Source: an uncultured bacterium (GTDB taxonomy: Bacteria > Hydrothermota > Tepidihabitantia > Tepidihabitantales > CAIPLT01). Taken from it: a stretch of DNA of 56,555 nucleotides. The position numbers were made by a program, and so were the translations under genes. The notes below the pieces were generated by a model. That model made no database searches. It was not told the DNA's origin and was given only the letters and a program-made list of their open reading frames with translations. Below, piece by piece: positions 39,921 through 49,041 of the stretch; within the stretch, counting starts at the first letter, position 1, and each line of letters begins with the position of its first letter. Location: NCBI GenBank assembly GCA_964473505.1, contig CAYYPG010000001.1:1-56555 (forward strand), given 5' to 3'.

Positions 39921-40002
39921 ATCAACTCAATTATATATTGGATAACCTACTTAACCAAGCCTTCTGTCTGAGTATAAAAAAGAAAGTATGTTTTTTTCTG
40001 TT

Positions 40003-40190
40003 GAATTTCTGCTTTCTATTAATTAATAAGTTTTTATTAGTATTTATAGGGTTCTCGCGATTTTTATTACTGAAACTTATCAGAATACAGGTTTAGTATT
40101 AGTTGATTTTATCTAAATTTCTGCTTTCTAATAAAATAATAAGTTTCTACTAAATTTTCTTACTGAAACTTATCAGAATGTAAGTTAGGT
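40003..40190 (+). repeat. Tandem direct repeat, 2 copies with 113-bp period (second copy has an internal deletion)
   Basis: AATTTCTGCTTTCTA..AATAAGTTT...TTACTGAAACTTATCAGAAT occurs at 40003 and at 40116. Confidence 0.8.
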
Positions 40191-40481
40191 GTAATCTGTT
40201 TGTATTAGAATCTTATTTTAAGAGAATGTTGGATATCTCAAAAGGCTTCGGCGTCTTATTCTGTATTATCTTATATCTCATAAACGGTCCCTTTTTACTA
40301 TTTATTCAAATCGGGGTATAAACTTTTTATCTTTTTCTGTTATCCAATTATTATGCCGCCAGAAAATTATTGTCATCAAATCCATGGAAGGAAGGTTTGC
40401 ATTTTTTGCCAAAACTTTGTCTAATTCATTGAAAACCAATAGAACTTTTTTAGGATTTTTTGGTTTTCTCTTTGACTTTTC

Positions 40482-41624
40482 TTAGGATAACAGGTTTCGT
40501 GCAATGACGATTTTCTGAATTTCCGAAGTCCCTTCATAAATTTCCATACATTTGGCATCGCGATAATACCGTTCTACCGGATAGTCTTTTGTATAGCCAT
40601 AGCCTCCAAAAATCTGGACGGCTTCCCGAGTGACTTCGACCGCAATCGTTGAAGCATACAATTTAGCAATGGATGACTCTTGAGAAAATCTCGGCAGGCC
40701 TTTATCTTTTAAGAATGCGGCATAATAAGTTAGGAGTCGTGCAGCTTGGATTTTCATTGCCATCTCCGCCAGTTTGGCTTGAATCATTTCAAATTCACAA
40801 ATCGCTCGGCCAAATTGTTTTCGCTCTTTTGAATATTGCAGGGATTTGTCTAATGCGGCTTGCGCAATTCCTACTGCCTGCGCGCCAATATCAATTCTTG
40901 AGACGTCGAGAATACTCAATGCGGTCTTTAATCCCTTTCCTTGTTCGGCTAAAAGGTTTTCTTTTGGTACCTTGCAATCTTCAAAGATTAATTCGCAGTT
41001 TCCCGTTGCTCTTAGACCCATTAAATCTTCGTGTTTGCCTAAAGAAAAGCCGGTCATACCTCTTTCCACAATGAATCCGCAGATCCCTTTATAACCTAAA
41101 GATTTATCAGCGGTGGCAAATACGATAAAAACATCAGCATTGGAGGCATTAGTGATGAACCGTTTTGAGCCGTTAAGAATATAATAACCACCATTAAGTT
41201 TTGCAGTGGTTTCTAAACTTGCCGGGTCAGAACCGACATTAGGTTCAGTTAAAGCAAAAGCACCGAGTTTTTCACCAGAGGCTAATTGGGGTAGAAACCG
41301 TCTTTTCTGTTCTTCAGTACCAAAAGTATAGATCGAATTGCAAACTAAAGAATTATGAACTGCAACAATCACGCCAGTTGAGGCGCACGCTCGTGAGATT
41401 TCTTCAACTGCAATTGCCAGACTCACAAAATCGAAACCTGCGCCGCCATATTCTTCTGGTACAACCATTCCCATAATACCAAGTTCGGCCAATTTTTTAA
41501 TATTATCCGTTGGAAATTCGCCGGTTTTGTCGAATTCCGTTGCTTTGGGTTCTAATTCTTCCTTAGCAAATTTTCGCATCATTTCTTGAATCATTTTCTG
41601 GTTTTCCGTCAAATCAAAATTCAT
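40482..41624 (-). CDS. Acyl-CoA dehydrogenase (short-chain/butyryl-CoA dehydrogenase-like)
   Basis: A 380-aa protein. [10 protein letters not shown], the C-terminal [14 protein letters not shown] and YRDAK are ACAD signatures. Confidence 0.88.
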   Translation of the reverse strand: MNFDLTENQKMIQEMMRKFAKEELEPKATEFDKTGEFPTDNIKKLAELGIMGMVVPEEYGGAGFDFVSLAIAVEEISRACASTGVIVAVHNSLVCNSIYTFGTEEQKRRFLPQLASGEKLGAFALTEPNVGSDPASLETTAKLNGGYYILNGSKRFITNASNADVFIVFATADKSLGYKGICGFIVERGMTGFSLGKHEDLMGLRATGNCELIFEDCKVPKENLLAEQGKGLKTALSILDVSRIDIGAQAVGIAQAALDKSLQYSKERKQFGRAICEFEMIQAKLAEMAMKIQAARLLTYYAAFLKDKGLPRFSQESSIAKLYASTIAVEVTREAVQIFGGYGYTKDYPVERYYRDAKCMEIYEGTSEIQKIVIARNLLS

Positions 41625-41720
41625 ATTTTCTCCTAAAAGTTAGCCACCGCGACTTAGAGAACGCAGAGTTTAAATTTAGTTTTATTCATTTTCTGTGTTC
41701 TCGTCGCATGGAGCAATTTT

Positions 41721-42893
41721 TTATTTTCTAAACACATCAGGTTTTTCATCACCTTTAAATTTTTTAATCATTTCTCGGGCAATAATTAAGCGCATTATCT
41801 CGGAAGTTCCTTCGCCAATTTCTGATAGTTTCGCATCGCGATAAAATCGTTCAACTGCTAAGTCGCTGGTTAATGCTGGATAGCCAATCATCCGGATGAT
41901 TTCACTACTTGCCCAAGTACCGAGTTCTGAGGCATATAATTTTGCCATTGCGGCTTCTTGGTCTGCTCGCATGCCAGCATCTTTTTTCATAGCAGCATCA
42001 TATACCATAAGTCTTGCCGCATAAATATGCATCGTCACATCCGCAATGATTTTTGATATTTGCTGAGATTTTACAGGATGCTTTGTTAACCATTCTAATC
42101 CAACATCTAAGGCACCCTGAGCAATACCTAAAGCATGCGCACCAATGCTAATTCGGCCGCCATCTAAGGTCTCCATAAAAATCCGATAGCCATCGTATTC
42201 TTGACCTAAAAGATTTTCTTTGGGCACAAAACAATCTTCAAATATTAATTCCACAGTATTGGATGCTAATAAACCCAGTTTGTGTTCTCTTTGGCCAATG
42301 GCAAAACCTTTATAACCGGCTTCAACAATAAAACAGGTAATACCTTTTGCGCCTAAAGTTCGGTCTAAACTGGCAGCCACAATAACAGTACCGGCATATT
42401 CCGCGGATGTGATAAATCGTTTTGTCCCATTAAGAATATAGCCATCATTGGTCTTTTTAGCAGTAGTTTCAATTGCAGTCGCATCAGAACCAGCATTGGG
42501 TTCAGTAAGTCCAAATGCTCCCAACTTTTTACCTGATGCCAACTGGGTAAGATATTTTTTCTTTTGGGCCTCAGTGCCAAAACGATAAATGGGATAAGTA
42601 CCTAATGAGGTATGCGCACAGAGCGTCAATCCAGTTGAGGCACAAACCCGAGAAATCTCTTCGGCAGCAATTGCATAACTCAGATAATCTAAACCTAAAC
42701 CGCCATATTCCTTAGGATATGGTATCCCGAGATAACCAGCCGCACCGAGTTTTTTCACGATATCAAGGGGAAATAATTCTTTTTTATAGATATCCGACGC
42801 CAGAGGTAAAATGTTGTTCCGTGCGAAATCAGATACTTCTTGTCGAAATTTTTCGTATTTACTATCTAAAATAGGTCCATCTATTATATTCAT
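41721..42893 (-). CDS. Acyl-CoA dehydrogenase family protein
   Basis: GLTEPNAGSD, FYRDAKLSEIGEGTSEIMRLIIAR. It is a paralogue of the adjacent gene. Confidence 0.85.
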   Translation of the reverse strand: MNIIDGPILDSKYEKFRQEVSDFARNNILPLASDIYKKELFPLDIVKKLGAAGYLGIPYPKEYGGLGLDYLSYAIAAEEISRVCASTGLTLCAHTSLGTYPIYRFGTEAQKKKYLTQLASGKKLGAFGLTEPNAGSDATAIETTAKKTNDGYILNGTKRFITSAEYAGTVIVAASLDRTLGAKGITCFIVEAGYKGFAIGQREHKLGLLASNTVELIFEDCFVPKENLLGQEYDGYRIFMETLDGGRISIGAHALGIAQGALDVGLEWLTKHPVKSQQISKIIADVTMHIYAARLMVYDAAMKKDAGMRADQEAAMAKLYASELGTWASSEIIRMIGYPALTSDLAVERFYRDAKLSEIGEGTSEIMRLIIAREMIKKFKGDEKPDVFRK

Positions 42894-43412
42894 AGAACCT
42901 AAAATTCAAAATTTCTTGTCTCTAATGAATTCAGCTATTCAAATACTTCTATATCATGTCCGGATTTTCTCGTGTTTGTTATCCATAACGGTTTATCTGT
43001 CTCCATTACATTCATAATTCATTAAGCACTAAATTCCAAATCGGCATAGAAACCTTTGTTTGTGTTTTATTCTAATCATAGTAAAGATTTTAACTGGTTG
43101 GACATAATGGCTTTAACGGGTGGCATAAATTCTGTATTGATTTTAGTTAATTGGTTAAATCTGCAGAATGTTTTCTCTGATAATTTTCTGTTTCCGTTTC
43201 ATTTTTTATGATAACTTGTGCCTAAAATTAATAAGTTGGTCTGATAATTGAAGTTTACCCTATTGGGTGATAATAACTTTATCCAACGCATCAGTTTGTT
43301 ACTACACTTAAGGATACTTTCTTCTAAATTGCAATATATCTTTTTCTGGGTCACGGTCATTATGTGATTACGACATTATTTGGTTCCTCTAATTTAGAAT
43401 TAGTAATTTAAA

Positions 43413-44189
43413 TTATATATACAATCGGTCAGGATCGACTTGTTCGCGAAGAATTTTTAATTCTTCTTCAGTTGGTTCGGGATTGATTCCGACATTATCT
43501 GCGACCAGCATTTCAAATTCAGTATTCTGTAAGACCTGCTCAACAGTCACCCCAGGATTAGTGGCTAAAAGCATCATCCGTTTTGATGTTTCGTCATATC
43601 CCATTAAACCAAGATTACTGACAACTCGGTATGGGCCGGTATTGGGTGGTAAACCCGCGGCTTCTCGGGCTCCAGGACCAGTTAAATAACCTGGGGTAGT
43701 GATAAAATCAACTTTTTTAACAAAACGTTTGGTGTCGTGTTGCCGCATAATTGCGATCGTTTTCCAGCAATGAGAGCCTACATCGTTCGCACCACCAGAG
43801 CCCGGCAATCGAACTTTTGGCGGCCAATATTGACCGATAACCGTGGTATTAAGATTACCGTACATATCAATTTGGGCACCGCCAAGAAAACCATATTCAA
43901 TAAAGCCGCGTTGAGCGGTCTCCATTGTATCGCAGATTCCGCTGGCAATTACTGCTTTATGAAAGGTTCGGGAATCGCCAACACCTAAAGGAAGTTTTTC
44001 CAGACTGGCACCAATACCACCAAATTCAAAGGCAACGATCAAGTTCGGTGCGTGCATCTTTTTGGCTAACGCCGCTGCTAACATCGGAATCCCAGTGCCA
44101 ACAAAAGCAACGGTTCTGTCAGCCATTAATTTGGCGGCAACACAGATAAGAAATTCGGTCTCATTGTAAGTAGGCATTTTGACCTCCAT
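43413..44189 (-). CDS. CoA-transferase subunit B (glutaconate/3-oxoacid CoA-transferase family)
   Basis: The size and GSGGANDV-type region fit this family, and it pairs with the upstream subunit A gene. The call rests on overall resemblance only. Confidence 0.65.
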   Translation of the reverse strand: MEVKMPTYNETEFLICVAAKLMADRTVAFVGTGIPMLAAALAKKMHAPNLIVAFEFGGIGASLEKLPLGVGDSRTFHKAVIASGICDTMETAQRGFIEYGFLGGAQIDMYGNLNTTVIGQYWPPKVRLPGSGGANDVGSHCWKTIAIMRQHDTKRFVKKVDFITTPGYLTGPGAREAAGLPPNTGPYRVVSNLGLMGYDETSKRMMLLATNPGVTVEQVLQNTEFEMLVADNVGINPEPTEEELKILREQVDPDRLYI

Positions 44190-44231
44190 ATAAAATATTC
44201 GTCTTGAGAAAGTCCTTGCGTTGTGTTTGCA

Positions 44232-45203
44232 TTAGCGGCCTCCAATCATTGATTGGAGTTTTTTAAGACGGTCCATACCAATAAGTTTGATATACTCATC
44301 GTGATTTTTGACACCATAAACATATTTATCTAAATAGGCTTTAACTTTAGCAGGGTCTTTGGAATCTTCTAAAAAAGATTTAAGGTGTTCTTCATCGCGC
44401 CAATACATATAGCACATTTCACCAGGATGTGAACCAAAAGGTGCATGCACCACCGCATCAACTAAAAAATAGGGTATAATCGTATGCTCGGGATATTTTT
44501 TGATTTCTTCAGTATCAATAATTTCTTCCGCACTGACAATTAATTTTTTTGAGGCCCGGGCTAATTCAAAAGCAAAACCAGAAATACCGTCAATCTGACA
44601 GTTGCCGTATTTATCCGCTCGGTGAACATGAATTAAACCGACATCCAAGAATAATGCGGGCAATAAAGCAACTTTTTGTCCGGTGAATGGACACTTAACA
44701 ACCTTAGCAGCACTATGCTTTAAGGTATCAGTGCCTAACATTGAAAAGGTTGGAATAAACGGAATGCCCATGGCCGCAGCCTTAAACCGCCAGGTGATTG
44801 CGGCATTTGACCAATCAGATGTTTTTACTCTGCCGCTTTCTACTGCGCGGCGTAAGATGTTAGAAATGCCATAAACTTCCCAAGCAATATAAGTAATATC
44901 CAGCGTGTCGACCAAATCTGCAGCTAACAACAGATCAATTTCGTGAATACCTTGACCGGCAACGCGTAGGTGTTTTTTTCCTTGCCGTATCAACTCTCGG
45001 GTTAAAGACATTGGCGCACGTACTGTGCCGTAAAGTTCGGTTCCAATATAATCGCCATCTTGGACGAATTTTGCAATTGCTTCTTGTTCACTCATTAACT
45101 TAGGGGTGAGCGTTTTATCTTTATTTTTATGTACCCATTCTCGAAAACCCCAGACATCAGGTTTTTGAAATAATTCACCAATACCAGATTCTAAAACATC
45201 CAT
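44232..45203 (-). CDS. CoA-transferase subunit A (glutaconate CoA-transferase GctA-like)
   Basis: A 323-aa protein immediately upstream of subunit B and co-oriented with the acyl-CoA dehydrogenases. The call rests on resemblance only. Confidence 0.6.
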   Translation of the reverse strand: MDVLESGIGELFQKPDVWGFREWVHKNKDKTLTPKLMSEQEAIAKFVQDGDYIGTELYGTVRAPMSLTRELIRQGKKHLRVAGQGIHEIDLLLAADLVDTLDITYIAWEVYGISNILRRAVESGRVKTSDWSNAAITWRFKAAAMGIPFIPTFSMLGTDTLKHSAAKVVKCPFTGQKVALLPALFLDVGLIHVHRADKYGNCQIDGISGFAFELARASKKLIVSAEEIIDTEEIKKYPEHTIIPYFLVDAVVHAPFGSHPGEMCYMYWRDEEHLKSFLEDSKDPAKVKAYLDKYVYGVKNHDEYIKLIGMDRLKKLQSMIGGR

Positions 45204-45392
45204 TGTTGCCTCCTAAGAAATTGATGCTAAATACAAATACATATCAACCTTAGCTGAAATTATTCTGAGACCCAATTTATCTATGGCAGATTCTAAGATA
45301 ATCATACTTACCTCCGCCTTTAATAATTTGTCCAACAATTTTCATGCATTAAAATATAATTATAAAAATATTAATTGTCAATCATAACATTA

Positions 45393-45502
45393 AAGAACTC
45401 TGAAAAATGTTCAAGAGACGCCGAGGCACATAAGAAAAAACCATCAATTATGCTTCAGCATTTCATGCCTTCTGAATCAATATTGACTTTGTCAAAGTTC
45501 TT
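45393..45502 (+). mobile_element. MITE-A copy 3
   Basis: AAGAACTCTGAAAAATGTTCAAGAGACGCCGAGGCACATAAGAAAAAACC...GCATTTCATGCC...ATATTGACTTTGTCAAAGTTCTT. Confidence 0.75.
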
Positions 45503-45784
45503 CATTACTACCAGAGGGTAAACGGCACACGGTATATAGAATTTATGATCTCTTTCATCGATTATACTGTTAGTATTGGCGGTAATTAAACATCATTGGC
45601 CGATACCTTGCTGTTTGTTTTCTTTAATCATCTCAACAAAGTCTTTCTGCCACTTCACCGATTCTGACATTATTTAAATTGAAGTTTATACACCGTTCAT
45701 CTCAAACCAACTAGCTTCTGGTTACATTGTACCTTCTCTGTGATCCCCCACAATCTGGACATAATTGGTCGAAGATGGCTAATC

Positions 45785-45813
45785 TTGACATTGCAATGTA
45801 GTTAAACTATAAT
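45785..45813 (+). promoter_or_regulatory. Consensus sigma70 promoter TTGACA-N17-TATAAT for the porin O/P-like gene
   Basis: TTGACA at 45785-45790, a 17-nt spacer and TATAAT at 45808-45813. Confidence 0.65.
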
Positions 45814-45879
45814 TCCTCAATTGTTAATTGCGATTCTATAACCGGAATATTATTGTTCAGAGAAAGGAGAAAAAATAGG

Positions 45880-46797
45880 ATGAGAAACGCCGGTATAATT
45901 CTATTAATTCTTTTTGCCAGTGTAGTTTGGCCGCAGGATGTGAAAATTGGACAGGGCAAATTAGCCTTTGATGGTTGTTTTTGGGCACAATGTCGCATAA
46001 CTAAAGATACTTTCTCTTTTAATCGGAGAAATGTATTTCTGGGCTTAACTACTAACTTAACCAATTGGGCAATGAGCCGAATTTATCTTGATGTTGCTGA
46101 TAATGGTTCTTTATACGATTTCTATATTAACCTCAAACCCATTACCAAGCTAAGTATTATTCTCGGACAATTCAAATTACCTTTGGGTATTGAAGTTCTA
46201 ACTAAACCCGAGAATTTAGAACTAATTGAATATTCGATAATTGGTCGAACTCCCACACGTGCTCCAAAAGGAACTCGGGATATCGGTCTGCAGATGTCTT
46301 ATAAACCAGAAATTTTTGAAGCGGTCATTGCGTGTGTTAATGGTGCTGGTCGTAATGTTTCGGATAATAACAAGAATAAATCTATTGCCGGTCGCATTAT
46401 CGTTAAACCCATGGTAGTGCCGCTTTTGGCGCCGGGAATAAATTTCTATTTTGGAAAATACGAACCAGCTACTTTGTTTCAGCGGCTTGGTGCCGAACTT
46501 AATTTTGCGTTTAATCCGATTAGCATTAAGACTGAATTCCTCTATACCAAAGATGCTTCAACCCCCGGAGCCGGTTTTTATATCCAATCCAGTTATAGTT
46601 GGAAATTTTTACAACCAGTAATTAGATTTTCGACTTATAAAAAACAAAAGATGGACCGAAATCAGGAATTGACACTGGGAATAAATTATCGACTGCTGCA
46701 GGATAATTTGAAAATAATGCTTAATTATAAATATGAGAAAATCAACAATAACACCAAGCAGCAGAATTTAGTTACCCAACTCCAGTTTGCTTTCTAA
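45880..46797 (+). CDS. Porin O/P-like outer-membrane beta-barrel
   Basis: The ATG at 45880 follows an AAAGGAG SD. It has the signal peptide MRNAGIILLILFASVVW. LGQFKLPLGIEVLTKPENLELIEYS and RDIGLQM resemble the phosphate-selective porin O/P signature. The C-terminal residue is Phe. Confidence 0.7.
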   Translation: MRNAGIILLILFASVVWPQDVKIGQGKLAFDGCFWAQCRITKDTFSFNRRNVFLGLTTNLTNWAMSRIYLDVADNGSLYDFYINLKPITKLSIILGQFKLPLGIEVLTKPENLELIEYSIIGRTPTRAPKGTRDIGLQMSYKPEIFEAVIACVNGAGRNVSDNNKNKSIAGRIIVKPMVVPLLAPGINFYFGKYEPATLFQRLGAELNFAFNPISIKTEFLYTKDASTPGAGFYIQSSYSWKFLQPVIRFSTYKKQKMDRNQELTLGINYRLLQDNLKIMLNYKYEKINNNTKQQNLVTQLQFAF

Positions 46798-46984
46798 AAA
46801 ATCTGCTCAACAATGGCAAACGGATCACTGTAGACGATAAAAAGCAAACCGCAAATTTTCTGTGAATGTAGCATGTTAACAATTCTTTTTAAATAGCCCA
46901 GAGAAATTTTGATAATATTGAATAATATTTGCCATTGTCAGACGCGTGTATTACGAGTCACCTGTAGTTATTTGTGGAATTATT

Positions 46985-47094
46985 AGAACGAACTCGGACA
47001 AAATCAATATTTGCTCAAGAAGTACGAAGGGCACAAGCAAATTTCTTGGTTTTCCATTGAATCTCGGCATCCTTGAAGTATTTTTTAGAGTTTC
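46985..47094 (-). mobile_element. MITE-A copy 4 (inverted relative to copy 3, more diverged)
   Basis: The reverse complement reads GAAACTCTAAAAAATACTTCAAGGATGCCGAG...AATATTGATTTTGTCCGAGTTCGTTCT. Confidence 0.6.
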
Positions 47095-47110
47095 ATTAAG
47101 TATTGTTATG

Positions 47111-47244
47111 ATATTTGGTGTAAATTAAATATAGCTACATTAATGAGAAAGACATATTTTTCTCTCATGTTTTCACATAATATTATTAATAAATGTGAGA
47201 AAAGAGAACATACCTCTGGGAGAAAAACCTATTTACACAAACAT
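47111..47244 (+). mobile_element. MITE-B copy directly abutting MITE-A copy 4 and upstream of tRNA-Ile
   Basis: ATATTTGGTGTAAATT ... hairpin GAGAAAGACATATTTTTCTCTC ... AGAGAACATACCTCTGGGAGAAAAACCTATTTACACAAACAT. Confidence 0.6.
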
Positions 47245-47316
47245 CTTGACGCTATCTTTCATGAGAACACTATTGACATTTTTTGAATTTAGTTTATCAT
47301 ATATACGAATATTTTT

Positions 47317-47390
47317 GGGCCTATAGCTCAGTTGGTTAGAGCGCGTCCCTGATAAGGACGAGGTCAGTAGTTCGACTCTACTTAGGCCCA
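47317..47390 (+). tRNA. tRNA-Ile (anticodon GAT), 74 nt, CCA not encoded
   Basis: Acceptor GGGCCTA/TAGGCCC, D-arm GCTC-AGTTGGTTA-GAGC, anticodon stem CGTCC/GGACG with loop CTGATAA, T-arm AGTAG-TTCGACT-CTACT. Confidence 0.9.
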
Positions 47391-47454
47391 TTGTTTAATT
47401 AGTGGAGTTTCTTTTCAGAAAATGAATTTTCAAAATTAAAATCGGAGGATTGAT

Positions 47455-48303
47455 ATGAAGAGAAATAAAATAGTTTTAATAATTGTTTTAGTGGCGATTG
47501 TTTATCTGCTACTTTTATCTTTATTGATAACCCGACTACAAAAGGGTAAAATAAGCATTATAAAGACAAAAGCCATTGGAGTGATTGAAGTTGAAGGCAT
47601 GATTCTGGATGCCAAACCCATTGTGCGACAACTTAAAACTTACGCCAAGAATCCCTTTATTAAAGCCATTGTTCTCAGGGTTAACAGCCCAGGCGGTGGC
47701 GTAAGTGCAAGTCAAGAAATTTATAATGAAATTATTAAGACCAAAGCCAAAGGGAAAAAGATTGTAGTCTCAATGGGTACGGTTGCCGCGTCGGGTGGAT
47801 ATTATATTTCTTGTCCGGCCGATATTATTGTGGCTAATCCCGGAACTTTAACTGGTTCGATTGGAGTAATTATGCAGTATCCGATGGTAGAAGAACTGTT
47901 TAAGAAATTGGGGATTAAGATGGAAGTAATTAAATCCCGACAACATAAAGATATTGGCTCGCCATTTCGGCAAATGACGGAGAAGGAGAAACAGTTGTTA
48001 TCTGAAGTTGTCACGGATATTTATCAGCAATTTGTTGATGTGGTTAAAGAAAATCGGCAGTTATCCAAAGAGAAAGTTTTAAAAATTGCTGATGGCAGAA
48101 TTCTTTCTGGTCAACAAGCACAAAAATTAGGATTAGTTGACAGTTTAGGTTCGTATGAAGATGCGATTAGAATTAGTAGTAATTTGGTGGGTATTGTTGG
48201 TGAACCGCATATTATCAAGGAGCGACCGAAATTTCCTTTACTTCAAAGGTTATTCAGCCGCTCCCTAAATTATCTTTTGAGTCCAGTTCCTATGTTTCTG
48301 TAG
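47455..48303 (+). CDS. sppA: Signal peptide peptidase SppA (36K type, S49 family)
   Basis: An N-terminal TM, RVNSPGGGVSASQEI and MGTVAASGGYYIS (Ser nucleophile context). Confidence 0.85.
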   Translation: MKRNKIVLIIVLVAIVYLLLLSLLITRLQKGKISIIKTKAIGVIEVEGMILDAKPIVRQLKTYAKNPFIKAIVLRVNSPGGGVSASQEIYNEIIKTKAKGKKIVVSMGTVAASGGYYISCPADIIVANPGTLTGSIGVIMQYPMVEELFKKLGIKMEVIKSRQHKDIGSPFRQMTEKEKQLLSEVVTDIYQQFVDVVKENRQLSKEKVLKIADGRILSGQQAQKLGLVDSLGSYEDAIRISSNLVGIVGEPHIIKERPKFPLLQRLFSRSLNYLLSPVPMFL

Positions 48304-48326
48304 CGTATTTTCTTCGGATTAAGTTT

Positions 48327-48737
48327 TTATTCTCCGCTTCCGGTTTCAGCCACTCTGCCCCCTAAATCGCGAATCAGTCGCCGAATGTCTCGTTTTAGTT
48401 CCCGAATCTGAATTACTGCTTCTTCGCGTTCTTTAAGGTCTTCTTTTTCTTTGAGGGAAGTAACAATGGTCGAGAGTTCATTCAGTTTAGAATCTAATTC
48501 GGTGAGCATTGCTTGTTGTTCGGGAGAAGGTGTGGTAAGTTTGCCTTTCACTTCTTCGCTTTTTTGCATGAATCGGGCTAAATCTTTTTCTGAGCGGGAA
48601 ACAAAAGCATCATAAGCTTCGCCTTTTACGGGAAGCACGGCTATCATTTGTCTGGTTTGTCTGCGAGCAGTGACCGTAAAGATAATCGCGACTACGACCA
48701 AAATGCCGACGATGGTCCATATAATGATTCGTGTCAT
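48327..48737 (-). CDS. Hypothetical membrane-anchored coiled-coil protein
   Basis: The SD GGAGG precedes the ATG. It has the N-terminal TM IIWTIVGILVVVAIIFTV followed by a charged helical region. No family was recognised. Confidence 0.55.
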   Translation of the reverse strand: MTRIIIWTIVGILVVVAIIFTVTARRQTRQMIAVLPVKGEAYDAFVSRSEKDLARFMQKSEEVKGKLTTPSPEQQAMLTELDSKLNELSTIVTSLKEKEDLKEREEAVIQIRELKRDIRRLIRDLGGRVAETGSGE

Positions 48738-48759
48738 ATTTGCCTCCTATTGATTTTTA

Positions 48760-48873
48760 CAGATGGCAGACGATAATGTATCCGATATCCAATATCCGCT
48801 TCGCAAAGTCCGAAGCAAAGAAGGGATAACCGGATAGGTATTAACTTAATTTGGTGTTCGTTTCTGCCATTTG
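48760..48873 (-). promoter_or_regulatory. 114-nt nested hairpin (TATCCGATATCC / GGATAACCGGATA type) ending 12 nt upstream of the SD of the 48737 gene
   Basis: The outer stem is CAGATGGCAGACGA with TCGTTTCTGCCATTTG. The middle stem is TATCCGATATCC with GGATAACCGGATA. The apical stem is GCTTCG-caaagtc-CGAAGC. Confidence 0.55.
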
Positions 48874-49041
48874 TGATTTATGATAACGCTAAATAAGTCT
48901 TTTTTTTGTCCCGGACATACGCTGACCGGAGACAACTGAATTGGGTAAATAATAAATAAAAATTGGATAAAACCCAAGAAAATTGTTTATTTTTATCGCG
49001 TGTCGGTTTAATATCAGTCATATATGTTTTTCCACTGACAT

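Noticed and set aside
45593-45670. A 25-aa minus-strand ORF, MSESVKWQKDFVEMIKENKQQGIGQ.
   Set aside because: It is too short to evaluate, has no SD, and may be the stump of a lost gene.
47273-47301. tRNA-Ile promoter call as a formal feature.
   Set aside because: TTGACA at 47273 is clear, but no convincing -10 sits at 16-18 bp (ATCATA or TCATAT). It is mentioned only in the findings.
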